Source: an uncultured archaeon (lineage in GTDB: Archaea; Asgardarchaeota; Lokiarchaeia; Sigyniarchaeales; SOKP01). Taken from it: a stretch of DNA of 46,237 nucleotides. Shown one piece after another: positions 1 to 9,427 of the stretch. The stretch spans positions 1 to 46,237 of the forward strand of contig CAZDTP010000022.1 of NCBI GenBank assembly GCA_964508365.1, given 5' to 3'. Position 1 is the stretch's first letter. Every line of letters starts with the position of its first letter. The notes under the pieces were generated by a model. It did not search any database, was not told the origin of the DNA, and worked only from the letters and a program-made list of their open reading frames with translations. A program made the translations under genes and the position numbers.

Positions 1-46
1 AATTGCCGATGAACGCAATAGTCTTCAGATTTGGATATCTTCTCAT
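1..46 (-). CDS. Possible N-terminus of a glycosyltransferase (GT4-like), running off the window edge
   Basis: ATG at 46 reads MRRYPNLKTIAFIGN. This resembles the 'KIAFIG(N/T)Y' start of GT4 enzymes often encoded beside GH130 genes. Only 15 codons are visible. Confidence 0.3.
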   Translation of the reverse strand, partial: MRRYPNLKTIAFIGN

Positions 47-126
47 ATTTTTAAAGAAACTCTCAATATTTTTTTTATTTCGACAAGATAGAAATTTAAG
101 ATTACAATCAAAAATAAATTCTTGGG

Positions 127-150
127 TTATTATTATTATTATTATTATTA
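127..150. repeat. (TTA)8 trinucleotide microsatellite
   Basis: Eight perfect TTA units, intergenic, downstream of the GH130 gene. Confidence 0.9.
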
Positions 151-212
151 TAAGGATGATTTTATGACTTAGGAGGTCCTTCTCGAAGTCTAAGTAAGAA
201 ACTAAATACTAA

Positions 213-1442
213 TTACTTAATATCTCCGGTCCATATTTTTAATTTACCATTTTCCCGTCTAAAAATAACCTTTTCTTCCCTCGCTAACCAGCCTATTGCC
301 ATTAGCAATAAATCTAGTCTATCTGCATACTTTTTCTTTAGCTGCTCTAAATTAATTTCTTTCCTAGAAGCTTTTTTAAAGATTTCTCCAGCAAGGAATC
401 CTATATCCACATCGAAATTGGATTGGGATTTTATTAATTCTTTTAATAACGCAGTAAGATTAAGTGATACTACAGCTATCCGCTTATCGGCTGCTCCATA
501 ATAGATATACAATCTATTCTTGAAAATAGCAGTGCCTGTAGGAAAAACAACATTCCAAACATCGCCCATTTTCTCGTAATCCTCCTTTGGAGAAAAAAGT
601 GGTTTCTTCAACCGACCAATAACTCTAAAGGGAGGTTCTTTTTCAAGTAAGGCCGCAGAGGCGTGATAGATTTGGCCTGCATTAGTATCCTCAACTGCGT
701 GATAGATTAAGAGCCAACCTAATGGTGTATTGATTAGAGGTGCTCCACCACCTATATGGTGAGACTCGTAACTAAACTCTGGCTCCATCAAGACATGTTG
801 GTCTAATGTTTTTAAATATTCTTCCCAATACTTTAGATTCTTTAATTGATTAAAGTCCTTGAAATCAATTAATTGAATATCTGGTAAGATCCTATGCATA
901 AAAACAAAGTTGTTGTTATATTTTTCAGGGAATAAATAACAATCTTTTTCCCATAAAAGAACGTCTGGAGCGGTAATATCTTTAATATATGATACGAAGT
1001 GAAAATATTTATGTTTCAAATGTGATTGCTTGAATAAATTTTTTGCATCTTCATAACTTATTGAAGGAGTAATTAACCCATGTTTCTCCCAATTAATCAA
1101 ATCTTTACTTGTTGCGAATGCAACTCTTGCATTTTTTCCATCATATGCTGTATAAAAAAGATAAAAAATCCCATCTAGTGAAACAATCCGAGGATCTTCT
1201 ACACCGTGGATTTCATAATCATATTCGGGAAAAATAATAGGTTCTTCTTTTTTTTCAATAATATTTAAAGGACCCTCTAATTTAATATGTCCAATACTTG
1301 AATAATTCCCTTTTCTTACTGCACGGTAGAACATATGAAGGGTATTATCTTCTTGGTATATCGTAGGATTTAAAACTGCTTGATTTTCAAATTCTAAATC
1401 AGTCGCTTCAAGTAAAACCCCCTCTCTTTTAATCACTACCAT
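213..1442 (-). CDS. GH130-family glycosidase/mannoside phosphorylase-like protein with a C-terminal DUF2582-like winged-helix domain
   Basis: Beta-propeller motifs NP(T)IY, GVEDPRI, EKD, IGGGAP, WLLIYH and VVFPTG. The last ~60 aa (IGFLAGEIF...LLMAIGWLAREEKV) match the DUF2582 wHTH pattern. Confidence 0.8.
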   Translation of the reverse strand: MVVIKREGVLLEATDLEFENQAVLNPTIYQEDNTLHMFYRAVRKGNYSSIGHIKLEGPLNIIEKKEEPIIFPEYDYEIHGVEDPRIVSLDGIFYLFYTAYDGKNARVAFATSKDLINWEKHGLITPSISYEDAKNLFKQSHLKHKYFHFVSYIKDITAPDVLLWEKDCYLFPEKYNNNFVFMHRILPDIQLIDFKDFNQLKNLKYWEEYLKTLDQHVLMEPEFSYESHHIGGGAPLINTPLGWLLIYHAVEDTNAGQIYHASAALLEKEPPFRVIGRLKKPLFSPKEDYEKMGDVWNVVFPTGTAIFKNRLYIYYGAADKRIAVVSLNLTALLKELIKSQSNFDVDIGFLAGEIFKKASRKEINLEQLKKKYADRLDLLLMAIGWLAREEKVIFRRENGKLKIWTGDIK

Positions 1443-1647
1443 AAGTTATTGATATATTTAAAGTTATTAAGTTTTATTAGTTTTTGTATGCCAGCTATAT
1501 TTTCGACTAAAAAAATATAGACGGAAAAGACATATAAACCAGCGGATCTCACCTCTTAGGTAAAGAATACAATAGCAAAAAAAGGTTTATTTCGAGCCAA
1601 AAAAAAGTTTTCCCACCACAATTTTTTTATTTAATTCTCTTACAATT

Positions 1648-2655
1648 TTAATTTTGTTCAATTAACTTAATTACATCCTCAGGAAATTCTTCTCCTCTAT
1701 TTTTCATCCTGTTAAACATGTCTTTAACTTCAGATATCGTGTTACCGTAAATATGCAAAGAATTACTAAAATCTAAGTAATGTCCCATCTCTAATCCAAG
1801 TTGATCGGCGACATACTTCTGGATTCGAATCATTCCATTTACATTTGCTTCCCACGCTCTAAACAAATCTCTACTCCTCCAGGTTGTTTGCATGATTAAT
1901 TTATCATCTTTTACTCGCATATAAATCCTCTGAAGACAAGGAGGATCAATGTGAAATGGATCGACAAGCGGTCGCCAAGTTATTGCTTGAGCTCTACGTG
2001 AATATGGTTTTTCTTTTAACTTTCTAATTATATATTCAATTTGATCTATTTTTGGGAAATCTATTACTTCGATGGGTATTTTTTGGATTCCTACCTGGTC
2101 TTTTATCTTTTTATTTAGATTGAAATCAACTAAATGCTTTAATTTCCAGATTTTAGAATCATCAGAAATTTGAACTTTGCCTGCTTTCAATAGTTTTTTA
2201 TGCTTACTTACGAAATTATTATCAACAAATTCTAAATCGTAATTTACATGGATAGAATCCTCCAGAGAATAAGGTGTATAATTAAATATTCTATCGTGGT
2301 ATGAATATGGAAAGCTCGTATCCGAATCCCATAAATAATGATCGTTTACGCCCTCCATGATTTCTTCAATGTAGCCGCTTTGAATAGATCCTATCAAGTA
2401 AGTGTCTGCCATACAACCGTAAACTTCGAATGAATTTCCATATTTTGAGTTGATTTTCATTACTTTATCTTTCCGAGAAATAGGATTGCTCATAGGGTTT
2501 TCTATTTCGATTAGTACCGTCGCGTCTTTGGAGGGAAGGTCTTCTTTTTTATCGTATTCAGTTCTAATGTCATCTCCATTGTATAAAACTTGAGCGACGG
2601 CTGAAAGCCATGCGTCCCGAACTGTTTTCTTAGAAATAAAAATTACTTGAGCCAT
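1648..2655 (-). CDS. thyA: Archaeal-type thymidylate synthase with a ~70 aa internal insertion
   Basis: YSYHDRI, DQIEYII, SRRAQAITW, catalytic PPCLQ, RSRD, specificity Asn in AWEAN, SLHIY. Likely start is ATG 2655; the ORF track extends it to 2679. Confidence 0.85.
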   Translation of the reverse strand: MAQVIFISKKTVRDAWLSAVAQVLYNGDDIRTEYDKKEDLPSKDATVLIEIENPMSNPISRKDKVMKINSKYGNSFEVYGCMADTYLIGSIQSGYIEEIMEGVNDHYLWDSDTSFPYSYHDRIFNYTPYSLEDSIHVNYDLEFVDNNFVSKHKKLLKAGKVQISDDSKIWKLKHLVDFNLNKKIKDQVGIQKIPIEVIDFPKIDQIEYIIRKLKEKPYSRRAQAITWRPLVDPFHIDPPCLQRIYMRVKDDKLIMQTTWRSRDLFRAWEANVNGMIRIQKYVADQLGLEMGHYLDFSNSLHIYGNTISEVKDMFNRMKNRGEEFPEDVIKLIEQN

Positions 2656-2908
2656 TTTCTTAAACCTTAAAAGATTCACTAAAAATCTTATTTTTATTCT
2701 ATTAGAATCTAATTGTTAAAACCTTAACAAAATTGATTTTATTCCATCATATAAATCCATTATACACTCCCCGATTAAGTTGAAGGGTGTTAATTGAGTG
2801 CATCCAATTACATGTTCCATTTTTTATATATAATTACCAACAATATTTAATAATCGTAATTATTTAATCTTCTTAGTAGTTCTTATAACTAAGGAAGTGG
2901 TTTAAAAG

Positions 2909-3202
2909 TTGATATCCTTAAAGTTTAGATTTGAACCGCCATTTAACGAAATTACGAACAATACAAATCAAATCATTAAATTCGACCAAGAACTAACAGT
3001 TAAGGAATTGTTAGAATTTTTTAAAGCGCATTTTGGCGAAAAATTCTATGAATTACTCTGGGATAAAAAGAAAAAGAAAGAGTTTAGTTCTTTCCTTTCA
3101 ATTATTATAAACGGTATAAGTTTTAGGGACGAGCATTTTCTAGATAAGACTTTAAAAGATGGCGACGATCTCGCGTTTTTATACCTCTATTTTGGCGGTT
3201 AA
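2909..3202 (+). CDS. MoaD/ThiS/SAMP-family ubiquitin-like (beta-grasp) protein
   Basis: 97 aa with 'IIING', 'LKDGDDL' and a C-terminal Gly-Gly (YFGG). TTG start preceded by a purine-rich RBS. Confidence 0.85.
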   Translation: MISLKFRFEPPFNEITNNTNQIIKFDQELTVKELLEFFKAHFGEKFYELLWDKKKKKEFSSFLSIIINGISFRDEHFLDKTLKDGDDLAFLYLYFGG

Positions 3203-3233
3203 TCTAAAAGAATCTTCAATTACTACGGATTAT

Positions 3234-4265
3234 TTACAGCAAAAGAATCAGCCACATTCCAAAACCAGTTAAAATCGGATTTAAAATGTTATCCGAAATA
3301 TGGTTTGCAAAAAAATCGACTATTAAGAATAAGACTGTTGATACTATTGCCATAAGTAAGATTTTTACAATACTCACAGGCATCCAAACATGATATATAT
3401 TCATTACTATCAAAACAATTAAAAATGTAGTCACGCCACCAGTTATAAATCCCTCTATCGTTTTATTAGAATCTTTTTTTAGACTATAAGATCCGTACTT
3501 TTTACCTATCAGGCAGGCGGCAGCATCAGCCCCGGTAGTTATTAATGCAACTGAAGCCAAGATAGGAAATGGAGCAAAAATAAAAGGGATCAATGACAAA
3601 ACCAGAGGTGTAGACGCTAAAAAAGTATTGAGCTCCTCAGGCCTCATCGATAAAAGCCAGCGTTTAGCCCAATTAGGAAGCATATAGAATTTATTTAGGC
3701 GGGCAAGATCAGCAACCTGGAACATTATAACAAACCCAAATCCTATCGTAATTATTAACCAATGAGAAAAGCTATAATTATCTAAATTAAATTGGCTTAA
3801 AATGCCAAAATTTTCAAGAATGGTTCCTAACGACCAAAAAAAAAGAATGATAAATGTAGTAAATAAATGTAGAAACTTCCTCCCGAATTCGCTCTTAAAA
3901 TCGTCAATCCATCTATTAGTCACTTCCACACAATAATTATTATAATCCCTTTCTGCCATTATTTCAGGGTTTTTTTTAGAGATAATTGTATTATAAAGTA
4001 AAGTGGCAATCCATACGCTGATCTCTATTAAAAAAAATAAAGAGGTTAAGAACCATAAGAAACTCAATGACTCTAATGGCAAATATGGTGAGTGATACTG
4101 AATCATAAAAGGAAATAAAATTCCTGCTGTTAAAAATAAGATTGCTATCAATATCTCGTTTAATAATAAGTGGTTTTTGATCTTCTCGATTCTATTTTTT
4201 ATAACATAAATGAATGTTAAAACGGAATAACCAATGAAAATCAAAGAAGTCGGTAAATAATTCAT
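3234..4265 (-). CDS. Dolichol/phytol kinase-like (CTP-dependent polyprenol kinase, Sec59-like) membrane protein
   Basis: Multi-pass hydrophobic protein with family motifs RKFLHL, GADAAACLIGKKYG, KTIEG and DNILNP. Confidence 0.75.
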   Translation of the reverse strand: MNYLPTSLIFIGYSVLTFIYVIKNRIEKIKNHLLLNEILIAILFLTAGILFPFMIQYHSPYLPLESLSFLWFLTSLFFLIEISVWIATLLYNTIISKKNPEIMAERDYNNYCVEVTNRWIDDFKSEFGRKFLHLFTTFIILFFWSLGTILENFGILSQFNLDNYSFSHWLIITIGFGFVIMFQVADLARLNKFYMLPNWAKRWLLSMRPEELNTFLASTPLVLSLIPFIFAPFPILASVALITTGADAAACLIGKKYGSYSLKKDSNKTIEGFITGGVTTFLIVLIVMNIYHVWMPVSIVKILLMAIVSTVLFLIVDFFANHISDNILNPILTGFGMWLILLL

Positions 4266-4312
4266 TTTTAATCGTAAAAGGTGAGTGCTTTTAAAAATTC
4301 TACTTTATTTAA

Positions 4313-5419
4313 TCAAATCAATGTTAAAATTATTGTGTAATAATCTAAATTAAAAATAAACCGTACAAACAAAAAGATAAGGCTACTACCAAACGGGATT
4401 AATAGATTATCTGATACATTGAAAGGTTTATTTGTAAAAACATCAAAAATAAAGAAAGCAATAGTAAAAATAAAAGCCCAGTAAATGCCAATAAACAACA
4501 TACATATAATAAAAGACGCAACTATTCCAGCAAATGCTCCTTGCCAGGATTTGTCATTATTCCACTTGATTTTATTTTTCCCGTATCTTATCCCCACTTG
4601 ACTTGTTGCTAAATCTGCGAGAGAACTCATCCCTAAAATCGTTAAAAACACCATAGGTGGCGTAATTAAGGCAGCAACCATTTGACCGATGGCAAAAAAG
4701 AGATACGTTCCATAACTTCTTTTTTCTTCTTCACATAGTAGAACATGACAGAGAAAATTAAAGGGGAATCCAAGCTTCTTAGTTTTTCTTGTAAACTCAT
4801 TTGCTAATGTAATAAGGCAAAACCCATAGAAAAAGAAAAATAGGAGATAATAAAACCAACCAAATGAAAATAAAACCGCACCAATACTATTAGGTTCTGT
4901 CATTATTGTTAAAAACACCAGAAACATGTTATTCTCATCTGGAATCATCCCACTAATTGAACCTGATACCTCTTTCACAAAAATTACTCCTAAATACCAA
5001 ATGAAAAGTAAACCAATAAAAATAAGAACGTGAGGGATTTTCCGATAAATATCTCCTCTTAATTTACTTCTCTTATTTGTTTTTTCCTCTAACGAGCTCC
5101 AAAACTTCGATAAATCCTTATATTTAAAGATTTTTTTATACGAAAATAACAAAATCGATGAGATCAAGATTATCGCTCCAATTATAAGTAAAGGAAGTCC
5201 AAAAGTACGATAAAAAATTGGAACCGTTTCGAAATATAGTGTTCCATCTAGAAACATTAACAAGGCGACAATTAAAATAATTATAAAAGTTAAAAATAAA
5301 GCGCTAAATCCTAAAACATTGTTAAGCACTTCATTTTTATATGAAAAATATACATAACTAAATAATACAATGAAATAAGAAAATTCCATTAATAGTATCC
5401 AAAATAAAAACTCTGTCAT
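4313..5419 (-). CDS. Second dolichol/phytol kinase-like membrane protein (tandem paralog)
   Basis: RKIPH, LADLATSQVGIRYGK, KSWQG and SDNLLIP motifs; multiple TM segments. Confidence 0.75.
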   Translation of the reverse strand: MTEFLFWILLMEFSYFIVLFSYVYFSYKNEVLNNVLGFSALFLTFIIILIVALLMFLDGTLYFETVPIFYRTFGLPLLIIGAIILISSILLFSYKKIFKYKDLSKFWSSLEEKTNKRSKLRGDIYRKIPHVLIFIGLLFIWYLGVIFVKEVSGSISGMIPDENNMFLVFLTIMTEPNSIGAVLFSFGWFYYLLFFFFYGFCLITLANEFTRKTKKLGFPFNFLCHVLLCEEEKRSYGTYLFFAIGQMVAALITPPMVFLTILGMSSLADLATSQVGIRYGKNKIKWNNDKSWQGAFAGIVASFIICMLFIGIYWAFIFTIAFFIFDVFTNKPFNVSDNLLIPFGSSLIFLFVRFIFNLDYYTIILTLI

Positions 5420-5497
5420 GTGTATTTCAAATTTAACAAAATAATTCCTTATATTAATGATAGTGGGATCATTTTATAAATAAACTATTTTACTAAT

Positions 5498-6106
5498 TTG
5501 ATCATGAAAAAAATAATATTAGCATCAAAATCAAGGGATCGATCAGAACTAATTAATAGGCTAAATATTTCTTTCGAAATTCTCAATACAAACATTAACG
5601 AGAGCGATTACAAAGATCAATATTCTGACCCAATCGAATTGGTCAAAGAATTAGCTAAAGCTAAAGCATTGAGAGCAAAAGAACTAATAAAAAACGAAAA
5701 GATAGGAACAATTATCGTTGCTGCTGATACTATCGTGGAATTTAATGGTAAAATCATTGAAAAGGCCCAAAATGAAAAAGAGGCATTTCAAATTCTAAAA
5801 TCTCTAGCCAATCGCTCTCATAACCTCATAACTGGTATAGCTTTAACAGGCGTAGGCGATCCTAAAATTATAGTTGATCACGATATTACCATTGTTACTT
5901 TTTTGGATTTATCTGATGATGACATTCGGAACTATATTAAAATTGAAGAATGGAAAGGTAGAGCTGGTGCTTACTCTATTAGGGATAGAGCGTGTTTATT
6001 TATTAAAGAAATTCGAGGGTCTCCTTCAAATGTAATAGGTTTACCTATGCAAAAGATATTTAATATTCTAAAAACGGAATTTAATTTGAATTTATTTGAG
6101 AATTAA
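5498..6106 (+). CDS. maf: Maf-family nucleoside triphosphate pyrophosphatase
   Basis: ILASKSRDR (canonical LASxSPRR), AKAKA, VAADTIV, KGRAGAY, SNVIGLP. Confidence 0.9.
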   Translation: MIMKKIILASKSRDRSELINRLNISFEILNTNINESDYKDQYSDPIELVKELAKAKALRAKELIKNEKIGTIIVAADTIVEFNGKIIEKAQNEKEAFQILKSLANRSHNLITGIALTGVGDPKIIVDHDITIVTFLDLSDDDIRNYIKIEEWKGRAGAYSIRDRACLFIKEIRGSPSNVIGLPMQKIFNILKTEFNLNLFEN

Positions 6107-6138
6107 ATTTGAATATAGTAGTAAAGAAGCTAAAATTT

Positions 6139-6309
6139 CTATGTTTCTAACTCTTCTTTCCAAACTTTTAAATTTTGATAGAAATTTAACATTTTTTCGA
6201 GCTTGCTAACCATTTTTTCATAATAATCGTGATCAGCATATTGTTTTTTCGCCAGATTTCGAGCTAAAGTTAAATTTTCTTTATATCTTAGTATTTTTTC
6301 TTCAATCAC
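6139..6309 (-). CDS. Small helical hypothetical protein (56 aa), missed by the ORF track
   Basis: GTG at 6309 gives VIEEKILRYKENLTLARNLAKKQYADHDYYEKMVSKLEKMLNFYQNLKVWKEELET, with TAG at 6139-6141. Amphipathic and fills an otherwise empty gap. Confidence 0.6.
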   Translation of the reverse strand: MIEEKILRYKENLTLARNLAKKQYADHDYYEKMVSKLEKMLNFYQNLKVWKEELET

Positions 6310-6531
6310 ATAGTTTTTTGAAATCCTTTGTAATTAAAAATAAAGAAATATCTGGATAACACCTCTGAAATTCTGAATTTAATAAGATATAGAATGAATA
6401 TCAAATCGATTTATAAAAAAAAATTAAATATTGCATAACTGATATTTCTAAAATGAAAATTTTAAATGCTTTTATAGGTTAGTTTCTTAATACAATTAAC
6501 ACAACTAAATTACTTTATAAAATGATTAAAT

Positions 6532-6867
6532 ATGGGTAGACACTACAAAAACGAACAAATAATGAAATTCTTGACGATAGTTGGGGCTCTAGTAGGATTG
6601 GCAACGTTGATCCTTGGATTACTTGGACTCCCGAATTATGGAATTGTTAATCCTGTATTAGGATTAAATATAGTCCTTAATTTTATTGTCGGGTTAGTTA
6701 TCGTTATTTTAACATTTTTAGTTGCATTAAAACCTAATGCACCACTTCCCTTTCACTGGTTAGTTTTATTTATCTTAGCTATCTTACTCGTTATTTTTGG
6801 AGCGGGAATTTGGGCTTGCGTGTTAGTAATCATCGCAGCGTTAATAGGTTTGATCGAAGATTTATAA
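6532..6867 (+). CDS. Small membrane protein, 3-4 TM helices, unknown function
   Basis: Highly hydrophobic 111 aa ORF with ATG start. Confidence 0.7.
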   Translation: MGRHYKNEQIMKFLTIVGALVGLATLILGLLGLPNYGIVNPVLGLNIVLNFIVGLVIVILTFLVALKPNAPLPFHWLVLFILAILLVIFGAGIWACVLVIIAALIGLIEDL

Positions 6868-6915
6868 AAATGTTTATTGTCAAACATCTATTTTTTTCTT
6901 TTTATTATTTTCAAA

Positions 6916-7794
6916 TTATAACTTTACATTATTAAGGAAATATGAAACGATTTCTTCCGCCAAATTAGTATCACATACTTTTTGAATCGCTGTAAATCCG
7001 GGAATCGAGTTAACTTCTAAAACTAGTAGACCTTTTTCACTTTCTACAATATCTACTCCCGCAATTTCTGTTTTTGTTATTTTAGCAGCCTTAATTGCTA
7101 AATTTTTTACCTCTTTTGTGAGCTCTATTGGCTCCATTATTGCTCCGGAATATATATTTGTTTTCCAATTATTACTTACTCGGTACATACCTGCTATCGC
7201 TTTGTTGCCTAAAACTAAAACTCTAATATCTCGATTATTATGCTTGATAAACTCCTGTATATAAAAGATATGATTTAATTGTCCTAGAGAGTAAATTACA
7301 TTTTCTGCAAAACCCATATCTGATATCCTCGTGATGCCAATGCCTTTTGATCCATAAAGGGGCTTGAGTACTATATCATTTCCTAATTCCTTAAAGGATT
7401 CTAATGCATCGTTAATATTTTCACATATTACAGTTTTTGGAGTAGGGATATTATGTCGATCTAAATAAATTGATGTTAAAAACTTATCACTTGCTATTTC
7501 TAGTGATTCTCGAGAGTTTATCAACTTGAGACCATATTCCTCCATCGCGTTCAGTAGATCAAGCCTAAAAAAGATCTTTTGAGTAGCGGCAGCTCCAAAA
7601 CCTCTTACAAGAGCGCCATATGGATCGAGCTTTTCAAACTGTTCTTGAAATTGCTTATTATCTATTTTAACTTTTACATTTGATGGAATAAAATATTTTA
7701 CTTCATATCCTCGGTTTTTAAACGCCTTAGATAACACCTGAACTTCGGGATCCTTAGGATTAGGCGTTATTATCATAGTATGCATATTATTCAC
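6916..7794 (-). CDS. RimK-family ATP-grasp alpha-L-glutamate ligase (possibly MptN/CofF-like cofactor glutamylase)
   Basis: DKFLT, VLKPLYGSKGIGI, YIQEFI, DIRVLV, WKTN, AGVDI and LEVNSIPG ATP-grasp motifs. The substrate cannot be determined from sequence alone. Confidence 0.85.
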   Translation of the reverse strand: MNNMHTMIITPNPKDPEVQVLSKAFKNRGYEVKYFIPSNVKVKIDNKQFQEQFEKLDPYGALVRGFGAAATQKIFFRLDLLNAMEEYGLKLINSRESLEIASDKFLTSIYLDRHNIPTPKTVICENINDALESFKELGNDIVLKPLYGSKGIGITRISDMGFAENVIYSLGQLNHIFYIQEFIKHNNRDIRVLVLGNKAIAGMYRVSNNWKTNIYSGAIMEPIELTKEVKNLAIKAAKITKTEIAGVDIVESEKGLLVLEVNSIPGFTAIQKVCDTNLAEEIVSYFLNNVKL

Positions 7795-7870
7795 TCATAA
7801 GAAAATTACATAATTCAACTGACACATAATAAATAAATTTAAGTTCTTAAAAATATATATGTAGAATTAA

Positions 7871-8470
7871 ATGGATTCTAATAATAAGGAAAACGAAACG
7901 GAGAAATTAACACACATCCTTTCAGTAGTTCAGAATCTTTACTACAAAAAAAAAGAGCAACTGGAAGATTTAGAGCTAGAGATTACTGATTTGCAATCAG
8001 TCTTAAACCAAATAACCTCTTTAATATCAAATCAATCGTTTTCCAGCGCAGATGAATTATATTCAGAGTTGCAATCTTTAGAGAAAAAAACGGTAGACGA
8101 CTATTTCAAAGAGGAAATTTCAGAAGAAACATTTAAAGGAACTAATATTAAAAGAAAAATCTTTTCAAATCAAAACCAGAAAGAAGAAAATTTATTATGT
8201 GTACTTAATCTCTACGATTTTAAAAGGGTAGAAATTAAATTCATTGAACCTGAAAAAAGAGCTATTCAGGAAACTTCAGAAAGTTTTATTAATGTTTTTC
8301 TTAAAGGAGCTCTGATCAAAATAAAAGAAAATAATCCTAATTTAAGTATCAGTTATCGCTTTAAGAATACTGATAAAATCGAATATATTACTATTTCTAA
8401 TTTAAGCTCTATCGAAGATTACGATCTAATAACTGCAAAAATTCGAGAATTATTAGCTCGTGAAAAGTAA
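7871..8470 (+). CDS. Hypothetical protein with an N-terminal coiled coil
   Basis: 199 aa ORF with a heptad-like N-terminus (KKEQLEDLELEITDLQSVL); no family recognised. Confidence 0.65.
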   Translation: MDSNNKENETEKLTHILSVVQNLYYKKKEQLEDLELEITDLQSVLNQITSLISNQSFSSADELYSELQSLEKKTVDDYFKEEISEETFKGTNIKRKIFSNQNQKEENLLCVLNLYDFKRVEIKFIEPEKRAIQETSESFINVFLKGALIKIKENNPNLSISYRFKNTDKIEYITISNLSSIEDYDLITAKIRELLAREK

Positions 8471-8610
8471 TCCACCTATAAACTACGGATCAGATAAAGT
8501 TTGAATAGTATGTGTTATATAAAGATATTATATTGATTAATTAAAATACAAAGAATTAATTATACAAATTTCCATATTATTTTTAATTACTAATTTGGAC
8601 CGTAAAAACA

Positions 8611-9426
8611 ATGGCTAAGAAAAAGAAAATTTTAATGATGCCTATAATTCATTCGAAATTTAACGACAAAGACTTGGAAGATTCGCTCGTCAATAAATCG
8701 AGAAATCTTTTAACAGAAAAAAAAGGAGGCGTCGCATCCTTCATCTTTCTCTCTGGAAGTTTTTTCGATGTAAAAGGATTTGTTTACACAGGACTTCGAG
8801 CGTGGAAAGGGACTGTAAAACCATCAGATAGAGACGAGGGTAGAAGACCTTTACTGGAAGCTACATTTGCATCGTTATCCGTCTATCTCAGCTCTTTACT
8901 GGCTCTTCAATCAGATTTTTACTTCGCCTACGATGAAATAAAAGATATCTTATTAGAGAAAAAAAGAGAAGATCTATGGGCAATCGTTTCAGAAAAACTT
9001 CCTTTTATTTCATTACCACCAAAAGAAATGTATGGAAATCAAGTTTCTCCAATTTCTCCCTATTTTGTGATCGAGCAAGACGACGAGCTTACGCTCGGGG
9101 AAATTTATCCTTCAGCCTACCTAACAAAAGTCATCTCTTCTATTAAAACGAGATTTTTTGTGTACTTTCAATATTTAGGCTATTCCGCTTTTGGATTTTT
9201 CGATTCTTTACCTGAACGTACAAAGTTTGGATTTGAAGAAAAAGCGAGAGAATTTGAAGGAGAACCAACCTCAGAAAATATTCAAAAATACGCTAATAAT
9301 GCTAAAAACTTAAAGGAAGTACTGATTGCACTCATTGAAGCTCATAACAACGCTTATCTCGGACAATACTTAATTGAAGATTATGAACTATTATTAAATA
9401 AATTATTAGAATCGGAGGAGCTCTAA
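8611..9426 (+). CDS. Hypothetical protein, translationally coupled to the downstream GTPase
   Basis: 271 aa ORF; its stop at 9426 is 1 nt before the GTPase ATG at 9428. Confidence 0.7.
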   Translation: MAKKKKILMMPIIHSKFNDKDLEDSLVNKSRNLLTEKKGGVASFIFLSGSFFDVKGFVYTGLRAWKGTVKPSDRDEGRRPLLEATFASLSVYLSSLLALQSDFYFAYDEIKDILLEKKREDLWAIVSEKLPFISLPPKEMYGNQVSPISPYFVIEQDDELTLGEIYPSAYLTKVISSIKTRFFVYFQYLGYSAFGFFDSLPERTKFGFEEKAREFEGEPTSENIQKYANNAKNLKEVLIALIEAHNNAYLGQYLIEDYELLLNKLLESEEL

Positions 9427-9427
9427 A

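Noticed and set aside
213-1442. Insecticidal Cry-toxin label often propagated to this family
   Set aside because: The motifs are those of GH130 five-bladed propellers.
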